A DNA stretch of 64,000 nt from IMG/VR virus record IMGVR_UViG_3300022562_001240. One strand, written 5' to 3'. Positions within the stretch are counted from its first letter, which is position 1, and each line of letters begins with the position of its first letter. Of the stretch, positions 1-8,030 are shown one piece after another. Origin of the DNA: a virus. The notes below the pieces were generated by a model. That model saw only the letters and a program-made list of their open reading frames with translations, made no database searches and was not told the DNA's origin. The translations under genes were made by a program, and so were the position numbers.

Positions 1-181
1 CTTGCGCCCAATTCTCTGAGCGTCTTGGAAAGCCAAGAACCCGAGTCCCACATCTTGCCGATGTGATCGTCAGGCTTCGCATGTTTCATGAACGAGGGGA
101 TCTCGTCACACTCTTGGAGCGACCGATTGAGATCTTCTCTGTTTTCGGCCACAAACTTCTGTATGTCTTCGATGGTGAAGG

Positions 182-403
182 TCATTCCGATATCCTTCCA
201 ATTCTCCATCGGTTCCATCGATCCGGGTAGTGTTTCTCGAACCCAGCAGACGGAATGATGTAGACGAAATACACATCCAACACTTCCTGCTCGATCCGAA
301 ACGATCCGGGCAACTCGTAGTACGGCTTAGTATAGTCGATGTCGAAAGTGGTTCCAATGAGGAAACACAGAAGACACGCCACAGGCCAAAAAATCCTTTT
401 CAT
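182..403 (-). CDS. small secreted/membrane protein (hypothetical)
   Basis: 73-aa ORF with hydrophobic N-terminus MKRIFWPVACLLCFLIG; no recognisable domain. Confidence 0.3.
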   Translation of the reverse strand: MKRIFWPVACLLCFLIGTTFDIDYTKPYYELPGSFRIEQEVLDVYFVYIIPSAGFEKHYPDRWNRWRIGRISE

Positions 404-420
404 CTGAGAGTCCTTCTAAG

Positions 421-492
421 AGCTACCTCTGGGAATCGAACCCAGCATCTCCTCCTTACCACGGAGGCGTAATCCCACTATACCAAGGTAGC
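421..492 (-). tRNA. tRNA-Thr(GGT)
   Basis: hand-folded cloverleaf on rc: acceptor GCTACCT/AGGTAGC, anticodon loop GTGGTAA, T-loop TTCGATT. Confidence 0.75.
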
Positions 493-567
493 AAAATCCG
501 GCCAACCCCGTTTTCTTTTCAGTTTGAAGGGGGAGGCCGGTTGTGCGGTTTGTTCGCCCCACACGGG

Positions 568-640
568 GCAGAATGATGGGACTCGAACCCACAACTCACC
601 GGTTCTTTTCCGGCTGCTCTACCATTGAGCTACATTCGGG
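568..640 (-). tRNA. tRNA-like, class I shape, anticodon AAG (Leu codon CUU), A at position 33
   Basis: 73 nt; anticodon arm GCCGG-AAAAGAA-CCGGT; T-loop TTCGAGT; acceptor has 1 mismatch; short variable loop. Confidence 0.45.
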
Positions 641-708
641 TGTCCGGTTTATTCGCCCCAGACAGGGCAGGTTTCAAGATTGATTATCTTGTTGCAGATT
701 TACATCTG

Positions 709-779
709 CGGTGCCAGCAGGAATCGAACCTGCATCTCCTAAATTCCAATTAGGTGCTCTCCCTTTGAGCGATGGCGGT
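709..779 (-). tRNA. tRNA-like, class I shape, anticodon GGA (Ser codon UCC), weak acceptor stem
   Basis: perfect anticodon arm CCTAA-TTGGAAT-TTAGG, D-arm GCTC/GAGC, T-arm GCAGG-TTCGATT-CCTGC; only 4/7 acceptor pairs. Confidence 0.35.
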
Positions 780-943
780 ACACACGCAACCTCACTACAA
801 CATTCCGTCCACTTCTCCCTCTGGCACTCGGCAAAGAGGCTTCGAAGAAAGGTTTGTTGCAATAAGCGTCCATGCGTCCCCAGATCCGTCCGCCTTGCTC
901 GGTTCTAGCTAGTCTACCGTCAAGCTACGGCTTCTCTGAGAAG

Positions 944-1018
944 TCAGGATGAGAGGATTTGAACCTCCGAACCTTCTGGTCCCGAACCAGACGCTCTACC
1001 AAGCTGAGCTACATCCTG
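944..1018 (-). tRNA. tRNA-Pro(CGG)
   Basis: cloverleaf on rc: acceptor CAGGATG/CATCCTG, anticodon loop TTCGGGA, T-loop TTCAAAT. Confidence 0.8.
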
Positions 1019-1023
1019 TTGAG

Positions 1024-1096
1024 TGGGCAATGAGGGATTCGAACCCCCGACTTCCTCCTTGTAAGGGAGGCACTCTAGCCGCTGAGTTAATCGCCC
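1024..1096 (-). tRNA. tRNA-Val(TAC)
   Basis: acceptor GGGCGAT/ATTGCCC, anticodon arm CCTCC-CTTACAA-GGAGG, T-loop TTCGAAT. Confidence 0.8.
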
Positions 1097-1097
1097 G

Positions 1098-1703
1098 TTA
1101 TGTTGGCTCTCCTGAACGAAGTCGTTGAAGCATCTCACGAAGTTCGCTCGTTTCGCCTTCTCGAATCATCTGCAATGGAACCTTCCCGTTGAACGCCGGA
1201 TTGGGTCTCTCCAAGAACTCGTCAATCGCAGACTCTTCTATCACTTCTCTCAAGGCGGCTCGAAAGTTCTCTACCGCCAAGTAGAATTTCTCGTCGTCCG
1301 TCAATTCACGGACATCTTCGTGCTTCCCATCATCTGATGTTTTCGTCACCCATGATGAGATGCCATCCTTCCCTAGTTTTTCTTTGTCTTCAACAGTCTT
1401 CCATCCAGTTGCAATGGAGTAAAGCTCCTGTTGATCTCGTCCTCGATTTCGTTTCTGCCACTCTCGCTCCATGTAGCAACAACCGATGCTCGATGTGCGA
1501 GAGAATCGAGCCGAGGTTTCTGGTTTGATCGTTCCGCAGCCATAACAAAAATTGGACTGCCGACCGTCTCTTTCCTTCAACCACGTCCCACACTGATGAC
1601 ACACGACCATTTCGCAGCGTTCGCAGCGATCTGGGGCTTTCTGAACATTTTCGGCAAGTGCCAAACAAAAAGCACATTCGTAGTCTTCAGTGTATTCGGC
1701 CAT
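1098..1703 (-). CDS. Cys-rich zinc-ribbon protein (hypothetical)
   Basis: ORF 1098..1772 trimmed to Met MAEYTEDYE because the upstream part is a tRNA read as protein; CxxC pairs CAFC, CERC, CHQCG, CYGCG. Confidence 0.5.
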   Translation of the reverse strand: MAEYTEDYECAFCLALAENVQKAPDRCERCEMVVCHQCGTWLKERDGRQSNFCYGCGTIKPETSARFSRTSSIGCCYMEREWQKRNRGRDQQELYSIATGWKTVEDKEKLGKDGISSWVTKTSDDGKHEDVRELTDDEKFYLAVENFRAALREVIEESAIDEFLERPNPAFNGKVPLQMIREGETSELREMLQRLRSGEPT

Positions 1704-1715
1704 GTCTTCTCCAAG

Positions 1716-1786
1716 AGCTTCCACGAGGAATCGAACCCCGGTTTCCTCGGTACGAACGAGGCGTAATCCCACTATACCACGGAAGC
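1716..1786 (-). tRNA. tRNA-Thr(CGT)
   Basis: acceptor GCTTCCG/TGGAAGC, anticodon arm CCTCG-TTCGTAC-CGAGG, T-loop TTCGATT. Confidence 0.75.
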
Positions 1787-1839
1787 AAGAATTTGTCTCC
1801 CCTGCTTAGATAAGTTATACCCCACATGGAGAAGAACTT

Positions 1840-2013
1840 ATGTCAGAGAACAACTTTCGCATCTTTTGCGTTGCGGCAATCATCGCTATGTTTGCCCTCA
1901 TCGGTTGGGCCATTTATCACCATATTGAACACGACTACCACGAGCAGGACATTCGCATCCAGTCACCGTGGTTTGAATACAAAGGCGACGGCCATTACAA
2001 GGTCCGACCTTAA
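1840..2013 (+). CDS. small membrane protein (57 aa, hypothetical)
   Basis: ATG preceded by GGAGAAG; MSENNFRIFCVAAIIAMFALIGWAIYHH... fits between two tRNAs; not in the supplied ORF track in this frame. Confidence 0.4.
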   Translation: MSENNFRIFCVAAIIAMFALIGWAIYHHIEHDYHEQDIRIQSPWFEYKGDGHYKVRP

Positions 2014-2014
2014 G

Positions 2015-2087
2015 AGCTACCGAGAGGAATCGAACCCCCAACCTGAGCTTTACAAAAGCCCTGCTCTGCCAGTTGAGCTACGGTAGC
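2015..2087 (-). tRNA. tRNA-Thr(TGT)
   Basis: acceptor GCTACCG/CGGTAGC, anticodon arm GGGCT-TTTGTAA-AGCTC, T-loop TTCGATT. Confidence 0.8.
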
Positions 2088-2093
2088 ACTGAG

Positions 2094-2164
2094 TTGGGTA
2101 AGGTGGAATCGAACCACCGTTTTCCGCTTATCAGACGGATGCCTTTCCATTAGACGACTACCCA
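2094..2164 (-). tRNA. tRNA-Ile(GAT)
   Basis: acceptor TGGGTAG/TTACCCA, anticodon loop CTGATAA, T-arm GGTGG-TTCGATT-CCACC. Confidence 0.7.
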
Positions 2165-2168
2165 ATGT

Positions 2169-2876
2169 TTACATCTTAATCGCTGCGGGATTCCTTGCTT
2201 TGATAGTCATGCCGAGTTCATCGAAGATGTAGTTGAAAATCGGCTGCCATATCGCATAGCGAGGATACCTCATATCCAAAACAATAGAATGGCTATTGTC
2301 AGGATATCTCTCTGCATGTGCCTCAAAGACTTGAATTCGGAACGTCATCAAGCTGGGAATATCATCCCATTTGTTGTCGGCCCAAACTGCGTCTTGAAAC
2401 ACGCACAAAACAAAGTCACGATTCTGTCGGAGGTCAGCAATGACATCATGCAAATACATCACCTCTTCCAACTTCGTCGTGGGAGTATTGGTTCTGAGAA
2501 TCAACGGGCGGTGAGCCGTTTTGATCCTGTTGACCAACTTGGACATATCGTGCGTTTTGATGAACTTTCTGTAACATTCATCTTTGTCGCTACCAACACG
2601 CCAATGGTGCGCCGAAATGATGCCGCTGATTTTGTCTTTGACAAACCATTTGGTGCCACTTCTGCACGTCCCATAAAAATCCAAGTCATCTAGCGAACCA
2701 AAAAACCCTTCGAACTCTTTGCTCAATGCGGTTGCGAGTTCTCCCAGATTGTTCGTCGCCAGATCGTCAAGCTCATCCCGGCGTTTCATGATCCGCAAGT
2801 CGCTCAAAACCTTTGCGACAAAGCAGTTCTTGCCGAGTCCAATGATATCTCGTTCCATACGGTTTTCCTCCAGCAA
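2169..2876 (-). CDS. hypothetical protein (235 aa)
   Basis: long ORF between tRNA blocks; no confident domain call. Confidence 0.5.
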   Translation of the reverse strand: MLEENRMERDIIGLGKNCFVAKVLSDLRIMKRRDELDDLATNNLGELATALSKEFEGFFGSLDDLDFYGTCRSGTKWFVKDKISGIISAHHWRVGSDKDECYRKFIKTHDMSKLVNRIKTAHRPLILRTNTPTTKLEEVMYLHDVIADLRQNRDFVLCVFQDAVWADNKWDDIPSLMTFRIQVFEAHAERYPDNSHSIVLDMRYPRYAIWQPIFNYIFDELGMTIKARNPAAIKM

Positions 2877-2900
2877 TATCTAGGAGAAATAACCGTCAAG

Positions 2901-2974
2901 TGGGCGTGGGAAGATTCGAACTTCCGACTTCCATCTTATCAGGATGGCACTCTAAACCGCTGAGTTACACGCCC
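2901..2974 (-). tRNA. tRNA-Ile(GAT) second copy
   Basis: acceptor GGGCGTG/CACGCCC, anticodon arm CCATC-CTGATAA-GATGG, T-loop TTCGAAT. Confidence 0.8.
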
Positions 2975-3094
2975 ATGGTGGCCGACTAGGGATTCGAACC
3001 CAAGCAGACGACTTCGCTAACTATGAACCCGCCGAAGCAGGGTTTTGTCTCCCGTCATCTGGTATTTCCGAAAACTCGGCCTCTAAATACCCTC

Positions 3095-3334
3095 ATGAGA
3101 TTCAAAGACTGGCTACTTTCTGAAAACGGCAATCGCACAGGAGCAAAGATCGGACTCTACGCTCCTATCGATGACGCTCTCGGCCAATATCCGCCACTCT
3201 ATGGCACTCCATCTGCCGCCGATCTGATCACTTACATCGACATTCACTACGGCAAGAAAGGCGTGCCCGGCAAGAACGGAATCATCCGTTATCCTGAACC
3301 TCACCACGCTGTCGGCCAAGGCCGAAAACGCTAG
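3095..3334 (+). CDS. hypothetical small protein
   Basis: ORF 3023..3334 trimmed to internal Met MRFKDW to avoid a tRNA-like element. Confidence 0.3.
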   Translation: MRFKDWLLSENGNRTGAKIGLYAPIDDALGQYPPLYGTPSAADLITYIDIHYGKKGVPGKNGIIRYPEPHHAVGQGRKR

Positions 3335-3407
3335 TGGAATGGATGGGACTTGAACCCACAACCCTCGGCTTGCAAAGCCGATGCTCTCCCAGTTGAGCTA
3401 CCACCCC
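3335..3407 (-). tRNA. tRNA-Ala(TGC)
   Basis: acceptor GGGGTGG/CCATTCC with G-U pairs, anticodon arm TCGGC-TTTGCAA-GCCGA, T-loop TTCAAGT. Confidence 0.8.
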
Positions 3408-3641
3408 TTATCTGTAATCGTCTCGATCATCATATTCCAGATGATCTTGATCCCAACGAGCCTTTCGGCTCTGGTACTGGCGATTGGCTTCCAGCCGTGC
3501 CGCCAGATCAACGCTCCGTTTCCGTGACTGTTCCAACTTTTGTACTAGGTCGGCGACACGGGCCTCCAACCATTGGACATACTCCTCGGTGTAGATGTTC
3601 GTGTCTTCAATCGTCTTCGGACCACGGAACTCTTCATCCAT
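3408..3641 (-). CDS. hypothetical protein (77 aa)
   Basis: charged helical small ORF. Confidence 0.35.
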   Translation of the reverse strand: MDEEFRGPKTIEDTNIYTEEYVQWLEARVADLVQKLEQSRKRSVDLAARLEANRQYQSRKARWDQDHLEYDDRDDYR

Positions 3642-3656
3642 CTGAGCTTCCTTGTG

Positions 3657-4034
3657 TCAGATCCCTGCGCCACTATCCAGCAGTGCTTCTTCGTGACGCT
3701 TTCGCTGTTCCTCACACCACGCATCGTACACGGCCAGTTGTCGGTAGAACTCCTCGATCTGAGGAAGGAACTCCCGGTCCAGTTCGTGATTCAAAAACGG
3801 ACGAGTCAGAAACAACTTGCAGTTCTCACATTCCATCCCCGCACCGGCAGAATGGAAAGCACACTCGGCATACTGCTCAATGTCTATCTCATCAACCTTG
3901 AGCGTCTGGTGCCAATGTTTTGCTTCCAAAACTTTTGGGCAGTGTCGCAAGAACTCCTTTGGAAATTCTGGCGGCTTCATGCCGTTCTCCTTATCAGCGT
4001 TTCCATCGTTTCCACAGACGTTCGAACAATTCAA
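3657..4034 (-). CDS. hypothetical protein (125 aa)
   Basis: ORF with several Cys/His; no domain call. Confidence 0.4.
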   Translation of the reverse strand: MNCSNVCGNDGNADKENGMKPPEFPKEFLRHCPKVLEAKHWHQTLKVDEIDIEQYAECAFHSAGAGMECENCKLFLTRPFLNHELDREFLPQIEEFYRQLAVYDAWCEEQRKRHEEALLDSGAGI

Positions 4035-4106
4035 CCAAGCTCACGATCAGTATGATCCGACTGAACTGTAGCGAAAGTTCGCTCACCTTTGGTAGTTTCT
4101 TCATAG

Positions 4107-4179
4107 TGGACCGGAGGGGAATCGAACCCCACACACCGATGTTGCGAGCATCAGTCGCCCCCTTGGAACATGCCAGCCC
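4107..4179 (-). tRNA. tRNA-Ala(CGC)
   Basis: acceptor GGGCTGG/CCGGTCC, anticodon arm TGATG-CTCGCAA-CATCG, T-loop TTCGATT. Confidence 0.7.
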
Positions 4180-4210
4180 ATAGTATGACTCATTCGATGA
4201 ATGAATCAAG

Positions 4211-4283
4211 TGGAGGATAACGGACTTGAACCGATGACCTACTGGCTGCCAGCCAGTCGCTCTCCCAACTGAGCTAATCCCCC
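4211..4283 (-). tRNA. tRNA-Ala(GGC)
   Basis: acceptor GGGGGAT/ATCCTCC, anticodon arm ACTGG-CTGGCAG-CCAGT, T-loop TTCAAGT. Confidence 0.8.
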
Positions 4284-4477
4284 GTCAATCAAAAAAGAAC
4301 AACAACACATAAAGAACCAATGCGATGATGAAAGCGATTCCCGCAATCACACATCCTGTCAGTGCCGCTGTCCAAAGTGCTGCTTCCATGCAACCCTCAA
4401 AGTTTGTGAAAATGTTCGGTCGGGACTCGGACCCGATCCTTTGATCTCTCAATGTGCTTTAGAACACCCCCGAACAG

Positions 4478-4549
4478 TGGTCGCTATTGGATTCGAACCA
4501 ATGACTTCCGCCATGTGAAGACGGCACTCTACCGCTGAGTTAAGCAACC
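4478..4549 (-). tRNA. tRNA-Val(CAC)
   Basis: acceptor GGTTGCT/AGCGACC, anticodon arm CCGTC-TTCACAT-GGCGG, T-loop TTCGAAT. Confidence 0.8.
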
Positions 4550-4557
4550 AGCATAAG

Positions 4558-4629
4558 TGAGCGAGGCAGGATTCGAACCTGCGACTTCCACCATGTCAGG
4601 GTGGCGATCTGCCGCTGATCTACACGCTC
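4558..4629 (-). tRNA. tRNA-Val(GAC)
   Basis: acceptor GAGCGTG/CTCGCTC, anticodon arm CCACC-CTGACAT-GGTGG, T-loop TTCGAAT. Confidence 0.8.
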
Positions 4630-4633
4630 ATAG

Positions 4634-4704
4634 TACCCAGTAGAGGAATCGAACCCCTTCTAACACGTTCGAAGCGTGTCGTGCATCCATCACACTCACC
4701 GGGC
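4634..4704 (-). tRNA. tRNA-Arg(TCG)
   Basis: 71 nt; acceptor GCCCGGT/ACTGGGT (G-U pairs), anticodon arm ACACG-CTTCGAA-CGTGT, T-loop TTCGATT. Confidence 0.65.
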
Positions 4705-4741
4705 ATGTAGTGCCCCATGGTAGGGACACCACTTCACTTCC

Positions 4742-5287
4742 TTATTCCTCTTCAGGTTTTTCAGGAAGAGGGTCGTGTACGATTTCTCGTACAGCTTTCT
4801 CCATTTGTATGAGTTTGGCTCGGGTGATGGCTCTGACTAGGAAACCATCTCTCCCAACATCCAATGACAACTCATTTCTGATCGTTGTTTTGGTTCCATT
4901 CGCTTTGATGTGAGTGTGAAGCACATATCCTTTGATTTCGCTGTGTTCACTCACCAGTTCGGTGATGATCAAGACCTCGCCCTTCTTTCGAGTGACGACT
5001 TCTGTGAACTGCATCTCTTCGCCATTGCGAACAACGACTCGATGCCACACCAGAACCAGTTGCCATCCGCCTTTCGGCGTGAAGACAACACCAATTTCAC
5101 GAACCTCCCTTTTCACCAACTCAGCACCGCTTCGTTCGACAATCCTTTTGTCGCTGCTCGGCAGTGCGAGCATTGAACTCACCAAGTCAAACGGTTTGTT
5201 CAATTCGTATTCGTTACTCACCTCAACAGCTTGGGCAACTGAAGTGAGCAGAAACAGGCTGGCAATCGCCAGCAGTAATGCTCTCAT
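4742..5287 (-). CDS. secreted protein (signal peptide), hypothetical
   Basis: N-terminus MRALLLAIASLFLLTSVAQA is signal-peptide-like. Confidence 0.55.
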   Translation of the reverse strand: MRALLLAIASLFLLTSVAQAVEVSNEYELNKPFDLVSSMLALPSSDKRIVERSGAELVKREVREIGVVFTPKGGWQLVLVWHRVVVRNGEEMQFTEVVTRKKGEVLIITELVSEHSEIKGYVLHTHIKANGTKTTIRNELSLDVGRDGFLVRAITRAKLIQMEKAVREIVHDPLPEKPEEE

Positions 5288-5313
5288 GTGAGACTCCTGT
5301 GGTTAGGTCTAGC

Positions 5314-5814
5314 CTATATATCCACAGAGTCTCTCAGTATGCCCAGTTCTACCAACTCGTCTTCTGTTAGGAGATCGAAACCCGTCCAATTCCGCCGTTT
5401 CAATGTCACTATCCAATGACATCGAACACAACGAACTTCACATTTCTCGATCTCATCCAGTATTGCCTCCCAAGACCAACCATTCCAAACCATCACCGAG
5501 ACATCATTTTCCTTATCTCTTAGATGGTCGAATTCCAAAAGAGCCGGATTTGTCTCTCCGCAATCCACACAGGGATGCTCTCTCAGATATTCAAATAGAA
5601 GAACGAGATTCTGTTGGCGAACCACCTTGTTTCTCTTCTTCGCTTTGTCTTTGTAGTAATCTTGGTTGGCCTCGTAGTGTTTCTTGAGATATTTCTTGTG
5701 GCACTTTTTGCATTTCGACTGATACTTCTGTCTGCCGTCTGCATAAGAACCTTTCTTCGAAAACTCAGAAACAGGTTTGTCGAGGTTGCAACCGGTGCAA
5801 AACCTTACTTCCAT
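5314..5814 (-). CDS. HNH homing-type endonuclease
   Basis: N-terminal Cys cluster plus C-terminal motif EFDHL...N...CVRCH. Confidence 0.7.
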   Translation of the reverse strand: MEVRFCTGCNLDKPVSEFSKKGSYADGRQKYQSKCKKCHKKYLKKHYEANQDYYKDKAKKRNKVVRQQNLVLLFEYLREHPCVDCGETNPALLEFDHLRDKENDVSVMVWNGWSWEAILDEIEKCEVRCVRCHWIVTLKRRNWTGFDLLTEDELVELGILRDSVDI

Positions 5815-5851
5815 GTAACCTGCCTTCGATCACAACATCATGTTGTGATAG

Positions 5852-5923
5852 TACACCCGGAGGGATTCGAACCCCCGACCGACTGCTTAGAAGGCAGTTG
5901 CTCTTCCACTGAGCTACGAGTGC
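5852..5923 (-). tRNA. tRNA-Arg(TCT)
   Basis: acceptor GCACTCG/CGGGTGT, anticodon arm ACTGC-CTTCTAA-GCAGT, T-loop TTCGAAT. Confidence 0.75.
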
Positions 5924-5930
5924 ATGTCAG

Positions 5931-6009
5931 AGGCCGCAGGCGGATTCGAACCACTTGACGCCAGATTTGCAGTCTGGTGCTCCACCACGAAGCTTTCGTC
6001 TCCACGGCC
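5931..6009 (-). tRNA. tRNA-Cys(GCA)-like, 79 nt with an extended D region
   Basis: acceptor GGCCGTG/TGCGGCC, anticodon arm CCAGA-CTGCAAA-TCTGG, T-loop TTCGAAT; residues 8-26 span 25 nt and include a perfect hairpin ACGAA-AGC-TTCGT. Confidence 0.5.
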
Positions 6010-6083
6010 AGTGAGTTGTTGGCGTCATGATTTACGACCTTTGCTCTTATCACTGGGACGGTCAAGCAGGGACCAACAACAAG

Positions 6084-6156
6084 CGAGCCATACGGGAGTC
6101 GAACCCGCAACCTCTTCCGTGACAGGGAAGTGAGCTACCATCTGCTCCTATGGCCC
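6084..6156 (-). tRNA. tRNA-Asp(GTC)
   Basis: acceptor GGGCCAT/ATGGCTC, anticodon arm CTTCC-CTGTCAC-GGAAG, T-loop TTCGACT. Confidence 0.8.
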
Positions 6157-6263
6157 TTAAAAATCAACCGGTTTACTATCGAACGTCCCAGCTTAAGTGT
6201 ACAATTCCACTGGGCACCTTCAACAAGGTTAGGCTTGTACTTTGCCACACGAGCCGGTTGAAG

Positions 6264-6337
6264 TGGAAGCGGTGGGAATCGAACCCACATGGTCCCGGTT
6301 AAGAGCCGGGTGCAATTACCTTGTCTGCCACACTTCC
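6264..6337 (-). tRNA. tRNA-Lys(CTT)
   Basis: acceptor GGAAGTG/CGCTTCC, anticodon arm CCCGG-CTCTTAA-CCGGG, T-loop TTCGATT. Confidence 0.75.
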
Positions 6338-6528
6338 ATTTCCTACACCACCTTCAGCTTTCTTTCCTTGGGCTTCTGTGGTTCGTGCGTCTGGCGGATC
6401 GTATTGATCCCTACATCCTTGTATGCCAGATGCGTCGGTTCGCCCTTCTGGGCACGTTTCGCTGCTGCTTCATTCAAAGCGATAATCGTTTCCAAACACC
6501 ACATTCTCAAGTTCCTTCTCTTCTGAGG

Positions 6529-6819
6529 TTAGTCATCCCAGACAGCTTCGAGGGACCATCCTATTCGAAACCATACAACTCTGGGCTTTTCCCGGTAGTC
6601 GAGGACAGCGACCTTGTAGATTCGCTGGCCGTCGTTTTTGTACCAGAAAGGTCCGTATGAAAAAACTGGTTCTTCGATACTGACCACTTGGCAACGATTG
6701 TCTTCACACCATTCTTTGATCTCTTCACGATTGGATTGCCCTGTCCACGTCGCCAAGGCGATGCAGAAGGCCAACACCAGCAAAAATCCGATTGCTGTAA
6801 GTATCCAATTCTTTTCCAT
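6529..6819 (-). CDS. small membrane-anchored protein (hypothetical)
   Basis: ORF 6529..6900 trimmed to Met MEKNWILTAIGFLLVLAF because the upstream codons overlap a tRNA. Confidence 0.4.
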   Translation of the reverse strand: MEKNWILTAIGFLLVLAFCIALATWTGQSNREEIKEWCEDNRCQVVSIEEPVFSYGPFWYKNDGQRIYKVAVLDYREKPRVVWFRIGWSLEAVWDD

Positions 6820-6841
6820 GATGAGATCCTTCACATCAGAG

Positions 6842-6915
6842 CGAGGATGACGGGACTCGAACCCGCAACCACCGGCTCGACAGGCCGGTACTCTAACCAA
6901 TTGAGCTACATCCCC
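6842..6915 (-). tRNA. tRNA-Asp(GTC) second copy (G at position 37)
   Basis: acceptor GGGGATG/CATCCTC, anticodon arm CCGGC-CTGTCGA-GCCGG, T-loop TTCGAGT. Confidence 0.7.
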
Positions 6916-6950
6916 TTTTATATCATCCCAACCTTTCAGTCAAGATGAAG

Positions 6951-7021
6951 CTGCCCAACTTGGATTCGAACCAAGGCTAACTGAGTCAGAGTCAGTCGTG
7001 CTACCGCTACACTATCGGGCA
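6951..7021 (-). tRNA. tRNA-Gln(CTG)
   Basis: acceptor TGCCCGA/TTGGGCA, anticodon arm ACTGA-CTCTGAC-TCAGT, T-loop TTCGAAT. Confidence 0.75.
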
Positions 7022-7042
7022 ATGTGTCGTGTATTCTTTAAG

Positions 7043-7113
7043 CTGCCCGGCAAGGGTTCGAACCTCGGCCAACTGATTCAAAGTCAGTTATGCTACCACT
7101 ACACCACCGGGCA
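7043..7113 (-). tRNA. tRNA-Gln(TTG)
   Basis: acceptor TGCCCGG/CCGGGCA, anticodon arm ACTGA-CTTTGAA-TCAGT, T-loop TTCGAAC. Confidence 0.75.
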
Positions 7114-7129
7114 AAAAAATTGGGAGGAG

Positions 7130-7202
7130 TGCCCCCTGTAGGATTCGAACCCACACCTATCTGATTAAAAGTCAGAAATGCTCCCATTAACACCAAGGAG
7201 GC
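7130..7202 (-). tRNA. tRNA-Lys(TTT)
   Basis: acceptor GCCTCCT/AGGGGGC, anticodon arm TCTGA-CTTTTAA-TCAGA, T-loop TTCGAAT. Confidence 0.75.
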
Positions 7203-7206
7203 AGAG

Positions 7207-7279
7207 TGGGACCGCTCGGAATCGAACCGAGAACCTACCGGTTAAAAGCCGGTTGCTCTGCCTGTTGAGCTACGATCCC
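7207..7279 (-). tRNA. tRNA-Lys(TTT) second copy
   Basis: acceptor GGGATCG/CGGTCCC, anticodon arm ACCGG-CTTTTAA-CCGGT, T-loop TTCGATT. Confidence 0.75.
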
Positions 7280-7351
7280 ATGTTTATGAGATCGTGCGTT
7301 TCAATCGTTGAGTGTTCATGGAAAAATCTCCTTCTATGGTTTGTGTATGAG

Positions 7352-7424
7352 AGACTCGGGTGGGATTTGAACCCACGACATGCTGGTTAACAGCCAGCCG
7401 CTCTGGCCTCTGAGCTACCGAGTC
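7352..7424 (-). tRNA. tRNA-Asn(GTT)
   Basis: acceptor GACTCGG/CCGAGTC, anticodon arm GCTGG-CTGTTAA-CCAGC, T-loop TTCAAAT. Confidence 0.8.
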
Positions 7425-7431
7425 AGCCAAG

Positions 7432-7503
7432 CTCCGGGAACAGGTCTCGAACCTATAATAACTGGTTAACAGCCAGTCGTGATACCAATTTCACCATCCC
7501 GGA
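7432..7503 (-). tRNA. tRNA-Asn(GTT) second copy
   Basis: acceptor TCCGGGA/TCCCGGA, anticodon arm ACTGG-CTGTTAA-CCAGT, T-loop TTCGAGA. Confidence 0.7.
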
Positions 7504-7510
7504 ATGTAAG

Positions 7511-7581
7511 AGCGGGTGAAGGGAATCGAACCCTCATAGCCAGCTTGGAAGGCTGGAGCTTTGCCATTAAGCTACACCCGC
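7511..7581 (-). tRNA. tRNA-Gly(TCC)
   Basis: acceptor GCGGGTG/CACCCGC, anticodon arm CCAGC-CTTCCAA-GCTGG, T-loop TTCGATT. Confidence 0.8.
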
Positions 7582-7590
7582 ATGTTTAAG

Positions 7591-7662
7591 AGCCGGTAGA
7601 GGGAATCGAACCCCCGACAAGTTGTTTACAAAACAACCACTCTGCCACTGAGTTACACCGGC
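7591..7662 (-). tRNA. tRNA-Thr(TGT) second copy
   Basis: acceptor GCCGGTG/TACCGGC, anticodon arm GTTGT-TTTGTAA-ACAAC, T-loop TTCGATT. Confidence 0.75.
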
Positions 7663-7762
7663 GTTCTGTTGAAGGCTGCGTTACGGCCACGGCTAGGTCC
7701 ACACCACTGAGGGCTCGCCAAGTTCGTCCTCCGACTTTGGTTCATGCCGCTGGTTCAACAAG

Positions 7763-7835
7763 TATCCCCGAGAAGATTCGAACTTCTTCTTCCACCTTCG
7801 CAGGGTGACGTGCTTATCCATCACACTCCGGGGAT
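7763..7835 (-). tRNA. tRNA-Arg(GCG)
   Basis: acceptor ATCCCCG/CGGGGAT perfect, anticodon arm TCACC-CTGCGAA-GGTGG, T-loop TTCGAAT. Confidence 0.7.
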
Positions 7836-7924
7836 ATTACTGCGGATCGTGAATCGGATACTATCCGAAACGACTAAGGCTAATTCCGCAAAGCCCCAAC
7901 ACTTTAGTTCTTGTGTTGTTTCAG

Positions 7925-7995
7925 CAGGAGCGGGAGGACTCGAACCCCCACCAACGGTTTTGGAGACCGACATGCTACCATTACACCACGCACCT
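7925..7995 (-). tRNA. tRNA-Trp(CCA)
   Basis: anticodon loop CTCCAAA, T-arm GGGGG-TTCGAGT-CCTCC, acceptor 6/7 pairs. Confidence 0.65.
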
Positions 7996-8000
7996 GTGTT

Positions 8001-8027
8001 CAACATGTCCACGACGTGGACATGTTG
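8001..8027. repeat. perfect 13-bp-arm inverted repeat caacatgtccacg/cgtggacatgttg
   Basis: read directly; immediately downstream of tRNA-Trp on the minus strand. Confidence 0.8.
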
Positions 8028-8030
8028 GTG

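Noticed and set aside
230-472. Plus-strand ORF overlapping tRNA-Thr, and many other track ORFs lying across tRNA genes (e.g. 1826-2086, 5614-5958, 6242-6660, 7178-8392, 8781-9273, 10123-10641)
   Set aside because: They read through tRNA genes on either strand (recurrent peptides like GFEP/SNP/RVELR are translated T-arms) and are artefacts of six-frame translation
2980-3060. tRNA-like element with a T-arm (TTGGG-TTCGAAT-CCCTA) and an encoded 3' ...GTCGGCC-A-CCA
   Set aside because: No complementary 5' acceptor strand, D-arm or anticodon arm could be folded; probably a degenerate tRNA remnant, so it is not listed as a feature
4395-4460. gggactcggaccc T-loop-like motif
   Set aside because: The T-loop would be TCCGAGT (non-canonical) and no acceptor, D or anticodon arms pair; most likely a chance match
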